Of a stretch of DNA of 64,000 nucleotides, positions 22,955 to 33,355 are shown piece after piece. A model generated the notes under the pieces. That model made no database searches. It was not told the DNA's origin and saw nothing but the letters and a program-made list of their open reading frames with translations. Made by a program: the position numbers and the translations under genes. Within the stretch, counting starts at the first letter, position 1, and each line of letters starts with the position of its first letter. Source of the DNA: Neocallimastix sp. 'constans' (taxonomy: Eukaryota); assembly GCA_050613775.1 (NCBI GenBank), contig JBODTK010000001.1, positions 620,001 through 684,000 of the forward strand, in the 5' to 3' direction.

Positions 22955-22962
22955 AAATTTTA

Positions 22963-23333
22963 TGGTACAATGTAAATGAATTTTTAAAATTTAAATCTAA
23001 TTATATTAATATTCACAATAATAAGTAATTCACACTAATGTTGTAAATTATAACTAAATACTTAAATTCTACTTTATAAATTGTTTATTTAATTTTTATT
23101 GAATTTTTATTTTTGATCAATTGAAATCTCAATTTAGATCAATTGTCATTCAATCTAATTTTTTACATTTAATAAAGTTATATGTGGAAAAGAGAGAGTC
23201 TTAATAATTTCTAATTTTACACTTTATATATAAATTTCAATTTAATTTATCCTTTTTTGGATTAATTTGATTTTCTATTTTTTTTGTAAATTTAGTCGTA
23301 TTTAATTTTCATTTTTCAATTGGTCTTGTACCA
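22963..23333 (-). repeat. 5' LTR of the tRNA-Pro-primed element
   Basis: Perfect 8-bp inverted termini TGGTACAA/TTGTACCA; 8 nt from the PBS. Confidence 0.75.
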
Positions 23334-23336
23334 ATA

Positions 23337-24290
23337 TGTAAGAATCTATAATTATTTTTAAATAAAATAATTATATTTTCTTAGTTAAAGTTATAATTAT
23401 AACTTTATTTAATTATATAATATTTATTCATTTAAATATTATTAATAATTTATTTAACTCCATATTAAATATTCATTAATTTAATACAACAAAATTTATT
23501 TAATTAATTATTATTTATACATTTATTAATAATTATAATTTATTTAATTATACATTTAATTATTAAATTTATTAGTTTTAGTTTATTTAATTATATTGTA
23601 AACAAATGTATTATGTATTCTAATATGTATTTTAATAATGTATTCTGTATTTTGTTTATTAATATCATTATGTTATTTTGCTTATTTGTAAATTTATAAT
23701 TTTATGATCGAAATATCTTTTATTATTTTATTCTTTTATTTTCGATCAATTACATTAGATTAACGAATCGGTTAATTAGGGTTTTTCCCAATTACTTCTT
23801 AAAAGTAATTGGTTTTACCTAATTGATACGATGATCGATATGGATAGAATATCGATCAAAAATCTTATCTAGGTTTTTCTCTCTAATCTTTTCCTAGATA
23901 AGAGATTTGTTAAGATTAGAAAACATTTTTTAATTTAATCTTATTTTTCAAAAAAGTATAAATAAGGCTCTTGAATTCTCTTTGAGAAATCAAGAGTTAT
24001 TATTATAACAATTATAATATAGTAATAACATTAATAAATATTTTATATTTCTATTTTAATAAAATAAGTTTTAATAAAACAAATTTAAAAATAAAACAAA
24101 ATAAAATAATCCTTTCTCTTGACAATTCTGTGTTATTAGTTTATTATAATTAGTTATAATAAACTCTTTCTTATAAAAGATAAGTATATTTATTCTTTTT
24201 TGCTTTCTCAATTTAATAATTATTATTTAATTATTATTAAGTTGTAGTTAATAATTTAATTACAATTAATTTTATAATTAAATTATTACA
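23337..24290 (+). repeat. Solo LTR, family B
   Basis: Diverged reverse complement of 25774-26736; 5-bp TSD CAATA. Confidence 0.93.
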
Positions 24291-24534
24291 CAATAATGAT
24301 AAATTTTAGAAATTATCTTAATTTTAATATAGAATTAAAAAGTGATAATTTCTATTTATTTTAATAATAACTGTATAAGTTATTTATGAATTAAAAATGT
24401 TTTATTAAAAATAACACTAAAAATTGATTTATTAGAACACTTGTTTTCTAATATTTAATTTTATAAATCTTTTATTAAAATTTATTAAACATTATAAAAT
24501 TTAAAAGTGATTATTAAAATTAAAAAAAATTAAT

Positions 24535-24566
<32 letters not shown>

Positions 24567-25006
24567 TACATGAAATATTTACAAGTATTTATATTTTTCT
24601 TTAAAATTAAACTATTTATAATTTATAAATAAAAAGAATAATTAAATAAAATAAAAGTAATAAAATTAATAATAAAATAAATATTTAATAATAAAATAAA
24701 TAAATTTGTTTATTATAAAAATAATTAAAAATATTTTGTTATTTAAATTAATTAATTTTGTTATTATAAAAATATTATTTAATTATAAAATTAATTATAA
24801 AAATCATTATAAAACTAATTATAAAAATTAATTATTTTATTTTAAATTTAATCTTAATATTTTTATTTTGAAAAATATATAATATTTCTTTCATATCTGA
24901 GTATTAATGTAATTTTTAAGTGTAATTTATTTGTTTTAATTAATTAATTAATTAATTTTTTTATTTTATTAAATTATTATTAAACTTTGCTAAGGTTAGT
25001 TTTGAT

Positions 25007-25719
25007 TGTTGAAATTATAACTGAATTGAAATCTCAATTTCAGTTATTTACATTTCAATAATTAAAAATATTATTTATTTAATTATAAATAATATATATA
25101 TTTAAATAATTAATAATTAATATAAATTCTTGTTTAATATTTAAAGGGTTATCTTAGGCCTAATAATTCTGAGAATATTAATAAATAAGGTTTATATTAA
25201 TAATTAATTTCAATGATACATTTGACGTCACGTGTATTTTATTTATATTATGTTTTTATATATGTTTACAACATATCTATATTAAATTCAATTATTCAAA
25301 TTAATTATATAATTAAATTTATCCTTATATTTTTATTATTATTTATATTACAATATTATTACTATCTTATAATTAAATATTATTATTATGTAACTTACAA
25401 AGTATAAAAGAAAGATGTAAAAATCTATCTTTTATGTTCTTTGTAAGGTTATTGTAAAATTACCTTAATAGTAATATATTATAGATATTTTATTATTAAA
25501 TAAAATCAATAAATTTAAAATCAAATTAATTTGATAATTCTAATTATCAAAGTTTATTATAAATAAATTTTTATTAAACTAAACATTTAAATATTTATTA
25601 TTATTATTATATATCTATATAGTATATTACTATATAGACATATCGACTTAGTGAATATTTTTATTAAAACATATTATTTTATTTAAATTTAAATTATAAA
25701 TTATATCAAAATCTTAACA
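25007..25719. repeat. Solo LTR, family D
   Basis: TGTTGA...TTAACA with 5-bp TSD TTGAT; inverted homolog ends at 62892; looser relative near 21790-22344. Confidence 0.85.
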
Positions 25720-25773
25720 TTGATTTTATGTATAATAAATTTTCAAGATTTATTAATTTTGTTATTTATCATT

Positions 25774-26736
25774 TGTAATAATTTAATTATAAAATTAATT
25801 AGAATTAAATTATTAACTACAACTTAATAATAACTAAATAATAATTATTATTAAATTGAGAAAACAAAAAAAAGATAAATATACTTATCTTCTATAAGAG
25901 AGAGTTTATTATAACTAATTATAATAAACTAATAACACAAAATAGTCAAAGAGAAAAGATTATTTTATTTTATTTTTTTTAAATTTGTTTTTTATTAAAA
26001 CTTACTTTATTAAAATAGAAATATAAAAAATTTATTAATGTTATTACTATATTATAATTGTTATAATAATAACTCTTGATTTCTCAAAGAGAATTCAAGA
26101 GCTTTATTTATACTTTTTTGAAAAATAAGGTTAAATTAAAAAATGTTTTCTAATCTTAACAAATCTCTTATCTAGGAAAAGATTAGAGAGAAAAACCTAG
26201 ATAAGATTTTTGATCGATATTCTATCCATATCGATCATCGTATCAATTAGGTAAAACCAATTACTTTTAAAAAGTGATTGGGAAAAACCCTAATTGACCG
26301 ATTAGCTAATCTAATTTAATTGATCGAAAATAAAAGAATAAAATAATAAAAGATATTTCGACCATAAAATCATAAATTTACAAATAAGGAAAATAACATA
26401 ATAATGATATTAATAAACAAAATACAGAATACATTATTAAGTACATATTAGAATACATAATATATTTGTTTACAATTTAATTAAATAAATAAACTAAGAC
26501 TAATAAATTTAATAATTAAATATATAATTAAATAAACTATAATTATTTATAAATGTATAAATAATAATTAATTAAATAAATTTGTTGTATTAAATTAATG
26601 ATTATTTAATATTGAGTTTAATAAATTATTAATAATATTTAAATGAATAAATATTATATAATTAAATAAAGTTATAATTATAACTTAACTAAGAAAATAT
26701 AATTATTTTATTTAAAAATAATTATAGATTCTTACA
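25774..26736 (-). repeat. 3' LTR of B1
   Basis: TGTAA...TTACA; direct repeat of 31537-32499. Confidence 0.97.
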
Positions 26737-26745
26737 TTGCTCCTT

Positions 26746-29343
26746 TTACGATGATGGCTCTTTCAATTCTTTATTCCGCTCTGTATAAGGCTCCAATTGT
26801 GAGATATGAAATACCGGATGAAGATGTAAGTTTTCTGGAAGTTCCAAGCGGTAATTCATTCTTTCCCCCTTTTCGATAATTTTAAATGGACCAAGATACT
26901 GAGTAGATAGCTTTTTGGACGGTTCATTTGTAAAATAATATCTTTTAAGCATAACCAAGTCATTAACTTTGAAGTCAGGGCCTATAGATTTTTTATTATC
27001 AGCATATTTCTTAAAATCTTCTTTGGCTTTTATTAAGTGTTGCCGGAGGGCATTAAAGTGTGACGACCAGTCTCTAGTAAGGATAGAAGCTGTGTCTCTT
27101 AGTAAGACAGGAGGGGAGTCAATAACACAATTAGGATCGAAACCATAGTTAGCATGAAAAGGAGTTTGGCCAATTGATTTATGGATGGAGTTATTATAAG
27201 ACATTTCACATAAGGGAAGATAATAGCACCATTCATTCTGGGCGGAAGAACAATAACAACGAAGATATTGTTCAATAACAGCATTGGCACGTTCCACTTG
27301 ACCATTTGATTGCTGATGATGGGCCGTTGCTAATCTTGGTTTGGCTCTAATAGCATCACATAAAGAGGTCCAGAATTGGGAGGAGAATTGAGAGCCGTGG
27401 TCGGAAACAATAACTTTTGGAAAACCATGGTGTTTAAAGACTTGGAAGAGCAGTAATTTTGCGGTTAGGTCGGCGGAAGGAACGTCGGAGCAGGGCACTA
27501 AATGGACCATTTTTGTTAAATGATCAGAAACAATCATGATGCATGTGCAGTCTTGCGAAGAAGGCAGAGAGACTATAAAATCCACGCCAATTACTTCCCA
27601 GGGTTTTGTAGGAATGGGAAGTGGTATTAGCTTACCATATGGCTTATGTCTGCGAATCTTACTTCGGGAACAGACATTGCACGAAAGAACATAGTTAGAA
27701 ACATCTTTCTTCATGTTTGGCCACCAGTAGAACCTTTTAAGTTTTTCAAAGGTCCTTTCTATCCCTTGGTGGCCGCTAGTAGGCGCATCATGGAAGGATT
27801 TTAAAATCCATGCCCTGAGACTAGATGGAACAATAATTCTTTTTTGGAAATGAAGAATTCCCTCGACGAGAGTAAATAGAGAACTATTTAGTTTTTTCGA
27901 CTGATCTCTTAATTTAGAAAGGATATTTTGACAATATTGGTCTTCTTTCTGTGCTTTAATAAGTTTACTTATATTGTCGCTAGTAGCACAACAAAAAGCA
28001 TTCTTATTAATTAAGGATTGTTGTTCCACGGGATGTGTGGATTTATAATCTGGTCTCCTGGATAAAGCATCAGGCTTTCCACTTTTTGAGCCAGCTCTAT
28101 ACGCAATCCTATAGTCGAATTTAGACAGGAAAAGGCTCCAACGAATTTGTCGTTGGTTTAAATGTTGTGGTTTTTTAAAGTATTGCAGATTCTTATGATC
28201 TGTTATTACTTGAACTGGGAACTTGGCACCTTCAAGATGATGTCTCCAGGTTTCAAATGCAGTAATAATAGCAAGAAGCTCTTTATCATAGATAGTATAA
28301 TTAGCTTCTGCTTTATTAAGGGATCTGGAGTGAAATGCCACAGGATGCAATTGATTATCTTCACTAGATACCTGAGAAAGTATACATCCGACTGCAAAAT
28401 CACTTGCATCGGTTTCAACTATAAATTCTTTATCAGGATCAGGAAAGATTAAAAAATCATCAGCTTTAAAAGAGTCCTTTAACTTTTGAAAAGCATCTTC
28501 AGCTGATTTATCCCAGATAAAAGGATTTTCCTTTTTTAAAAGTTTGCGAAGGGGTTCCATGTTTTTTGCAAAGTCTTTTATAAATTTTCTATAGAAATTA
28601 CATAATCCAAGGAAACTTTGCAATTCTTTAACATTTTTAGGACTTGGCCAATCGAGTACTGATTTGACCTTATTTTTATCCATAGTTAGCCCTTTATTGG
28701 AAACTGTGAAGCCTAAGAATGTGGTTTCAGTTACATGAAACTCACATTTCTCTAATTTAGCATATAATCCATTATCAATAAGAATTTTTAAAACAGTTCT
28801 TACATGGTTAATATGCTCTTTTAAGGATTTGGAATAGATAATTATGTCATCAAGGTAAACTCTAACAAAAATACCAATACAGTCGTTAAGTATATCATGA
28901 ATGAAACGTTGGAAAACGGAAGGCGCGTTTCTAAGCCCGAAAGGCATTACGAGATATTCGAAATGCCCTAAAGGAGTTCTAAACGCTGTAAGATATTCAT
29001 GCCCTTTTTTAATTCTTATAAGGTTGTAGGCGGATCTTAAGTCAAGACGGGTAAATATCATTGCACCTTTAAAAGATTCCATTAAGTCATTTATTCTTGG
29101 AATCGGGTAACTATTACGGATTGTAATAGCATTCAAGCGTCGATAATCGACACATAATCTGAGAGTTCCATCGCGTTTCAATACAAATATAACTGGAGCA
29201 CCTGCTGGTGATTTTGATTTTCGTATGAACTTTTTTCTAAGATTTTCTTGAATATAATCTTTCAAGGCTTTCATTTCCGGAACGGTAAGAGAGTAGATTG
29301 GACCGAAGAATAATTGGCCACCAGGAATAAGATCAATTGACAT
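26746..29343 (-). CDS. B1 Pol: RT-RNase H-integrase
   Basis: LCVDYRRLN, YLDD, ETDASD, HDAPTSGH/CNVC, DDE core and GPF motif; no chromodomain. Confidence 0.95.
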   Translation of the reverse strand: MSIDLIPGGQLFFGPIYSLTVPEMKALKDYIQENLRKKFIRKSKSPAGAPVIFVLKRDGTLRLCVDYRRLNAITIRNSYPIPRINDLMESFKGAMIFTRLDLRSAYNLIRIKKGHEYLTAFRTPLGHFEYLVMPFGLRNAPSVFQRFIHDILNDCIGIFVRVYLDDIIIYSKSLKEHINHVRTVLKILIDNGLYAKLEKCEFHVTETTFLGFTVSNKGLTMDKNKVKSVLDWPSPKNVKELQSFLGLCNFYRKFIKDFAKNMEPLRKLLKKENPFIWDKSAEDAFQKLKDSFKADDFLIFPDPDKEFIVETDASDFAVGCILSQVSSEDNQLHPVAFHSRSLNKAEANYTIYDKELLAIITAFETWRHHLEGAKFPVQVITDHKNLQYFKKPQHLNQRQIRWSLFLSKFDYRIAYRAGSKSGKPDALSRRPDYKSTHPVEQQSLINKNAFCCATSDNISKLIKAQKEDQYCQNILSKLRDQSKKLNSSLFTLVEGILHFQKRIIVPSSLRAWILKSFHDAPTSGHQGIERTFEKLKRFYWWPNMKKDVSNYVLSCNVCSRSKIRRHKPYGKLIPLPIPTKPWEVIGVDFIVSLPSSQDCTCIMIVSDHLTKMVHLVPCSDVPSADLTAKLLLFQVFKHHGFPKVIVSDHGSQFSSQFWTSLCDAIRAKPRLATAHHQQSNGQVERANAVIEQYLRCYCSSAQNEWCYYLPLCEMSYNNSIHKSIGQTPFHANYGFDPNCVIDSPPVLLRDTASILTRDWSSHFNALRQHLIKAKEDFKKYADNKKSIGPDFKVNDLVMLKRYYFTNEPSKKLSTQYLGPFKIIEKGERMNYRLELPENLHLHPVFHISQLEPYTERNKELKEPSS

Positions 29344-29404
29344 ATCATATTCCCTGTGTGGTGGTAACTTCTCAGCTTCATTTTTCTCAAATACTATTAT
29401 TAGA

Positions 29405-30834
29405 TCAGAATAGTATTTGTCGAGAATCTCTCTTATGCCTCGGTTTTTTCCCTTCGGAGTCTATTTTCGTTGGCATAGCGGCACATAAATCGGAGTCACT
29501 CAAGTCTGAATGACAAACAGTATCTTCTGGGATTGATTCAGGAATGATAGAATCATGATCGGCATTGTTAATTGTGGGATTGTCGAACATAGTTGCAGTG
29601 AAATTAGAGTTTTGGTTTGCGAACTTGAATTTCCTTGAAGAAGGGCAATGTGAACCACAGTATTTACCTAAAAAGAATATTTTATTTTTCTTGTAATCAA
29701 TGAAAGGATTATGAACTGAGAGCCAATCTCTTCCAAGAATACCATTGATTCCTTGGAGGGCTATGTTTGCGATGCAAAATTCAAAACGTTCTGTATGGTC
29801 CATAATCTTGAGTTTAAGCGGTTTTGTAGTTTGTTTAATGTTCATGCTTTTACTATTTGGGAGTTGGATATTAATTGGAGAGGATAAACCTAATGATGGA
29901 ATTTTGTGACTATTAGCGAAATTTCTACAAATGAAACTTCTAGCAGATCCGGAGTCAATTAAAAAGTTTGTTCTAATATTTTTATCATTTATATTTAAGT
30001 AAAAGGCAGTAGTGATTGTTGGGTTTCCATTAGAAGTATAGTTGGCTGAGAGAATGTCATTTTTAGGTTTATTTTTATTGTGAAAATGTTTCTTGTAGTT
30101 CTCGATTTTGGTGAGTTCTCTGCGCTTCTTTTGAAAGGATTTATGATTCTTCTTGAAATTCTTAGTCTTATTCCTTAAACTACTTTCCAAATAACATTTT
30201 TTATCTATTCCAATTATAGTGTTCGTAGCTTCAAACAAGGTAGATGGTTTCTCAACCTTGTCGAATTCTTCGCGCACCTTATCCACAAGTCCTTTTCCAA
30301 TAATGTCAATGAGCACTTCGTCGGGCCATCCAAGACGTCCCGCCAACCTACGGAATTCGATAGTGTATTCAGCGACACTACCAAGTTGAGATTGTTTAAG
30401 CTTCCACAATTTGTCCATAATAACGTATTTCTGCTTCCTTTCAATACCTGAATCGAAATTTTCTAACAAAAGTTTCTTGAATTTTTCAAATGTTAACTTC
30501 TTTAGAGTCCCATCAGTTAGCAAAGAGAGACCCCATCTTCTTGCAGTTCCTGTTAGTTTATTGATAACAAAGGAGTTTTTTGACTCATCATCCTTGAATG
30601 TATTTGGATGAGTCTTAATAAAGTCTTCACTATGGATAATTATTTCCCTAATACTTGGTTGGTTTTTCACATCACTTTCTTTCTGAAGAACTCCATTTGG
30701 CGAAAAGAAGGCAGGTATGAAATCTGTAATAGCAGAGATTAGTTTAGAAGCATTTTCGTTATACGTAATGGACTGTGAAATTGGTGATGGTGTGTCTGCT
30801 AAAGGCTCATTAATTTGAATATCACTATTGTTTT

Positions 30835-30838
<4 letters not shown>
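29405..30838 (-). CDS. B1 Gag-protease
   Basis: Retrotransposon gag core (QLGSVAEYTIEFRRLA); LIDSGS protease; no CCHC knuckle. Confidence 0.93.
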
Positions 30839-30869
<31 letters not shown>

Positions 30870-30950
30870 TAGTTTTATTAAATTATGTGAAAAATTATAA
30901 TTAGTGTAGATTTAAAATTTTGTAATATTTCTAATAAATTATGTTTATCT

Positions 30951-30994
<44 letters not shown>

Positions 30995-31273
30995 TATATA
31001 TATATATATATCTATTTACACAATATATATTATTTGTTTTATTTATTTATATATTATAGTGATTTTATATACGTCATGTATTCATTTATATATAGTAATA
31101 TATTTATTAAAAGTATGTATTTATCCATCCATTAATATATAATAGTACAAATATATAAATTTTTTTTTTTTTTTTTTTTTTTTTTTGCTTAATTTCTAGA
31201 CTATTCTATATATATCGTTTTATTGTAATTATTCTATTCTAATATATTGTTTTAATTTATTATTATTTTATGT

Positions 31274-31314
<41 letters not shown>

Positions 31315-31524
31315 TAATTTCTAGACTATTCTATATGTATCGTTTTATTGTAATTATTCTATTCTAATATATTGTTTTAATTTATTATTTTTATATTATT
31401 TTATTATTAAAAATATATTGAAGTTTTATCTAAAAAATTTTTTTTTTTTTTTTGTACTACATAATTCAATAATATATTGGTATTATTTAAAATTGTCTTT
31501 GTACTACACTAATCTATTCTAGAT

Positions 31525-31536
31525 AAGAGTTATTAT
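31525..31536 (-). promoter_or_regulatory. Self-priming PBS of B1
   Basis: Minus ATAATAACTCTT abuts the LTR and is complementary to minus AAGAGTTATTAT at 31840-31829 inside the LTR; no TGG tRNA PBS. Confidence 0.82.
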
Positions 31537-32499
31537 TGTAATAATTTAATTATAAAATTAATTAGAATTAAATTATTAACTACAACTTAATAATAACTAA
31601 ATAATAATTATTATTAAATTGAGAAAACAAAAAAAAGATAAATATACTTATCTTCTATAAGAGAGAGTTTATTATAACTAATTATAATAAACTAATAACA
31701 CAAAATAGTCAAAGAGAAAAGATTATTTTATTTTATTTTTTTTAAATTTGTTTTTTATTAAAACTTACTTTATTAAAATAGAAATATAAAAAATTTATTA
31801 ATGTTATTACTATATTATAATTGTTATAATAATAACTCTTGATTTCTCAAAGAGAATTCAAGAGCTTTATTTATACTTTTTTGAAAAATAAGGTTAAATT
31901 AAAAAATGTTTTCTAATCTTAACAAATCTCTTATCTAGGAAAAGATTAGAGAGAAAAACCTAGATAAGATTTTTGATCGATATTCTATCCATATCGATCA
32001 TCGTATCAATTAGGTAAAACCAATTACTTTTAAAAAGTGATTGGGAAAAACCCTAATTGACCGATTAGCTAATCTAATTTAATTGATCGAAAATAAAAGA
32101 ATAAAATAATAAAAGATATTTCGACCATAAAATCATAAATTTACAAATAAGGAAAATAACATAATAATGATATTAATAAACAAAATACAGAATACATTAT
32201 TAAGTACATATTAGAATACATAATATATTTGTTTACAATTTAATTAAATAAATAAACTAAGACTAATAAATTTAATAATTAAATATATAATTAAATAAAC
32301 TATAATTATTTATAAATGTATAAATAATAATTAATTAAATAAATTTGTTGTATTAAATTAATGATTATTTAATATTGAGTTTAATAAATTATTAATAATA
32401 TTTAAATGAATAAATATTATATAATTAAATAAAGTTATAATTATAACTTAACTAAGAAAATATAATTATTTTATTTAAAAATAATTATAGATTCTTACA
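31537..32499 (-). repeat. 5' LTR of B1
   Basis: Direct repeat of 25774-26736; TATAAATA box on the minus strand near 31868-31875. Confidence 0.97.
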
Positions 32500-32505
32500 T
32501 CATTA

Positions 32506-32808
32506 TGTTAAGGTTTTAGAGAATTAAATAAAAATAAAGTAAGGAAACACAAATTTTATTTATTTATTTATTATTTTTATTTATAAATTTATTTGATTTT
32601 ATTTGATGATATTTAAAAATTAGTAGCAAAATTTACAACTATTTATACTTTTTTTTCAAGGCATAAAAGTTGTTCTTGCCACTAAATTACATTTTATTAT
32701 TATTTTTCTTTTTATATATGAAACTATTAAATTTAAATTGATTTTTATAATCAATTATATAAAATTTAATTATAACAATATAAATAAAATGCATTTATAA
32801 TATTAATA

Positions 32809-32855
<47 letters not shown>

Positions 32856-33337
32856 CTATCTAAAATATTACTAATAAGAATTTATTTAATTGGCTAAAAT
32901 TTTTATTACAATCTGTTAAAATATTCAAATAAAAATAAAAATACTATTCTAATATAAAGGTTTTTAATAAAATAAAATATTTTTCAATATAAAATAAAAC
33001 ATTTCGATATAAAATTTTATAATAAAAAGTTAAAATATAATATATAAATTTTTAATTATCAATATATAAAAATATTATTAATATAAATTTTCATTATTAA
33101 TATAAAAAAAATAAGATTTATTATTAATATTGCTAATATAAGTTTTAAATATATAAAAATATTACTATTAATATAAGATTTAATATAAAAATATAAAGTT
33201 TAATATAATTTTTGATTTAATTTTTGATCTTTGGATTTAAAAATTTATTAAAGTACAAAAATAATAATGTACACATAATGTATTAGAAATAAATCGTAGA
33301 TTTAATTAAGAATGCATTATTTAGTACATTCTTATCA
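32506..33337 (-). repeat. 3' LTR of A2
   Basis: Direct repeat of 39796-40627. Confidence 0.97.
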
Positions 33338-33355
33338 AGATGCCCCGACGAAGAC

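Larger units (their letters stand above)
25774..32499 (-). mobile_element. Full-length Tf1-like Ty3/gypsy element B1
   Basis: Two 963-bp LTRs with no difference seen; 5-bp TSD TCATT (25769-25773 and 32500-32504); gag-PR and RT-RH-IN ORFs; PPT AAAAGGAGCAA. Confidence 0.97.

Noticed and set aside
31155..31390. ~120-bp direct duplication in the B1 leader
   Set aside because: Poly-T-anchored local duplication with no evident structure or conservation
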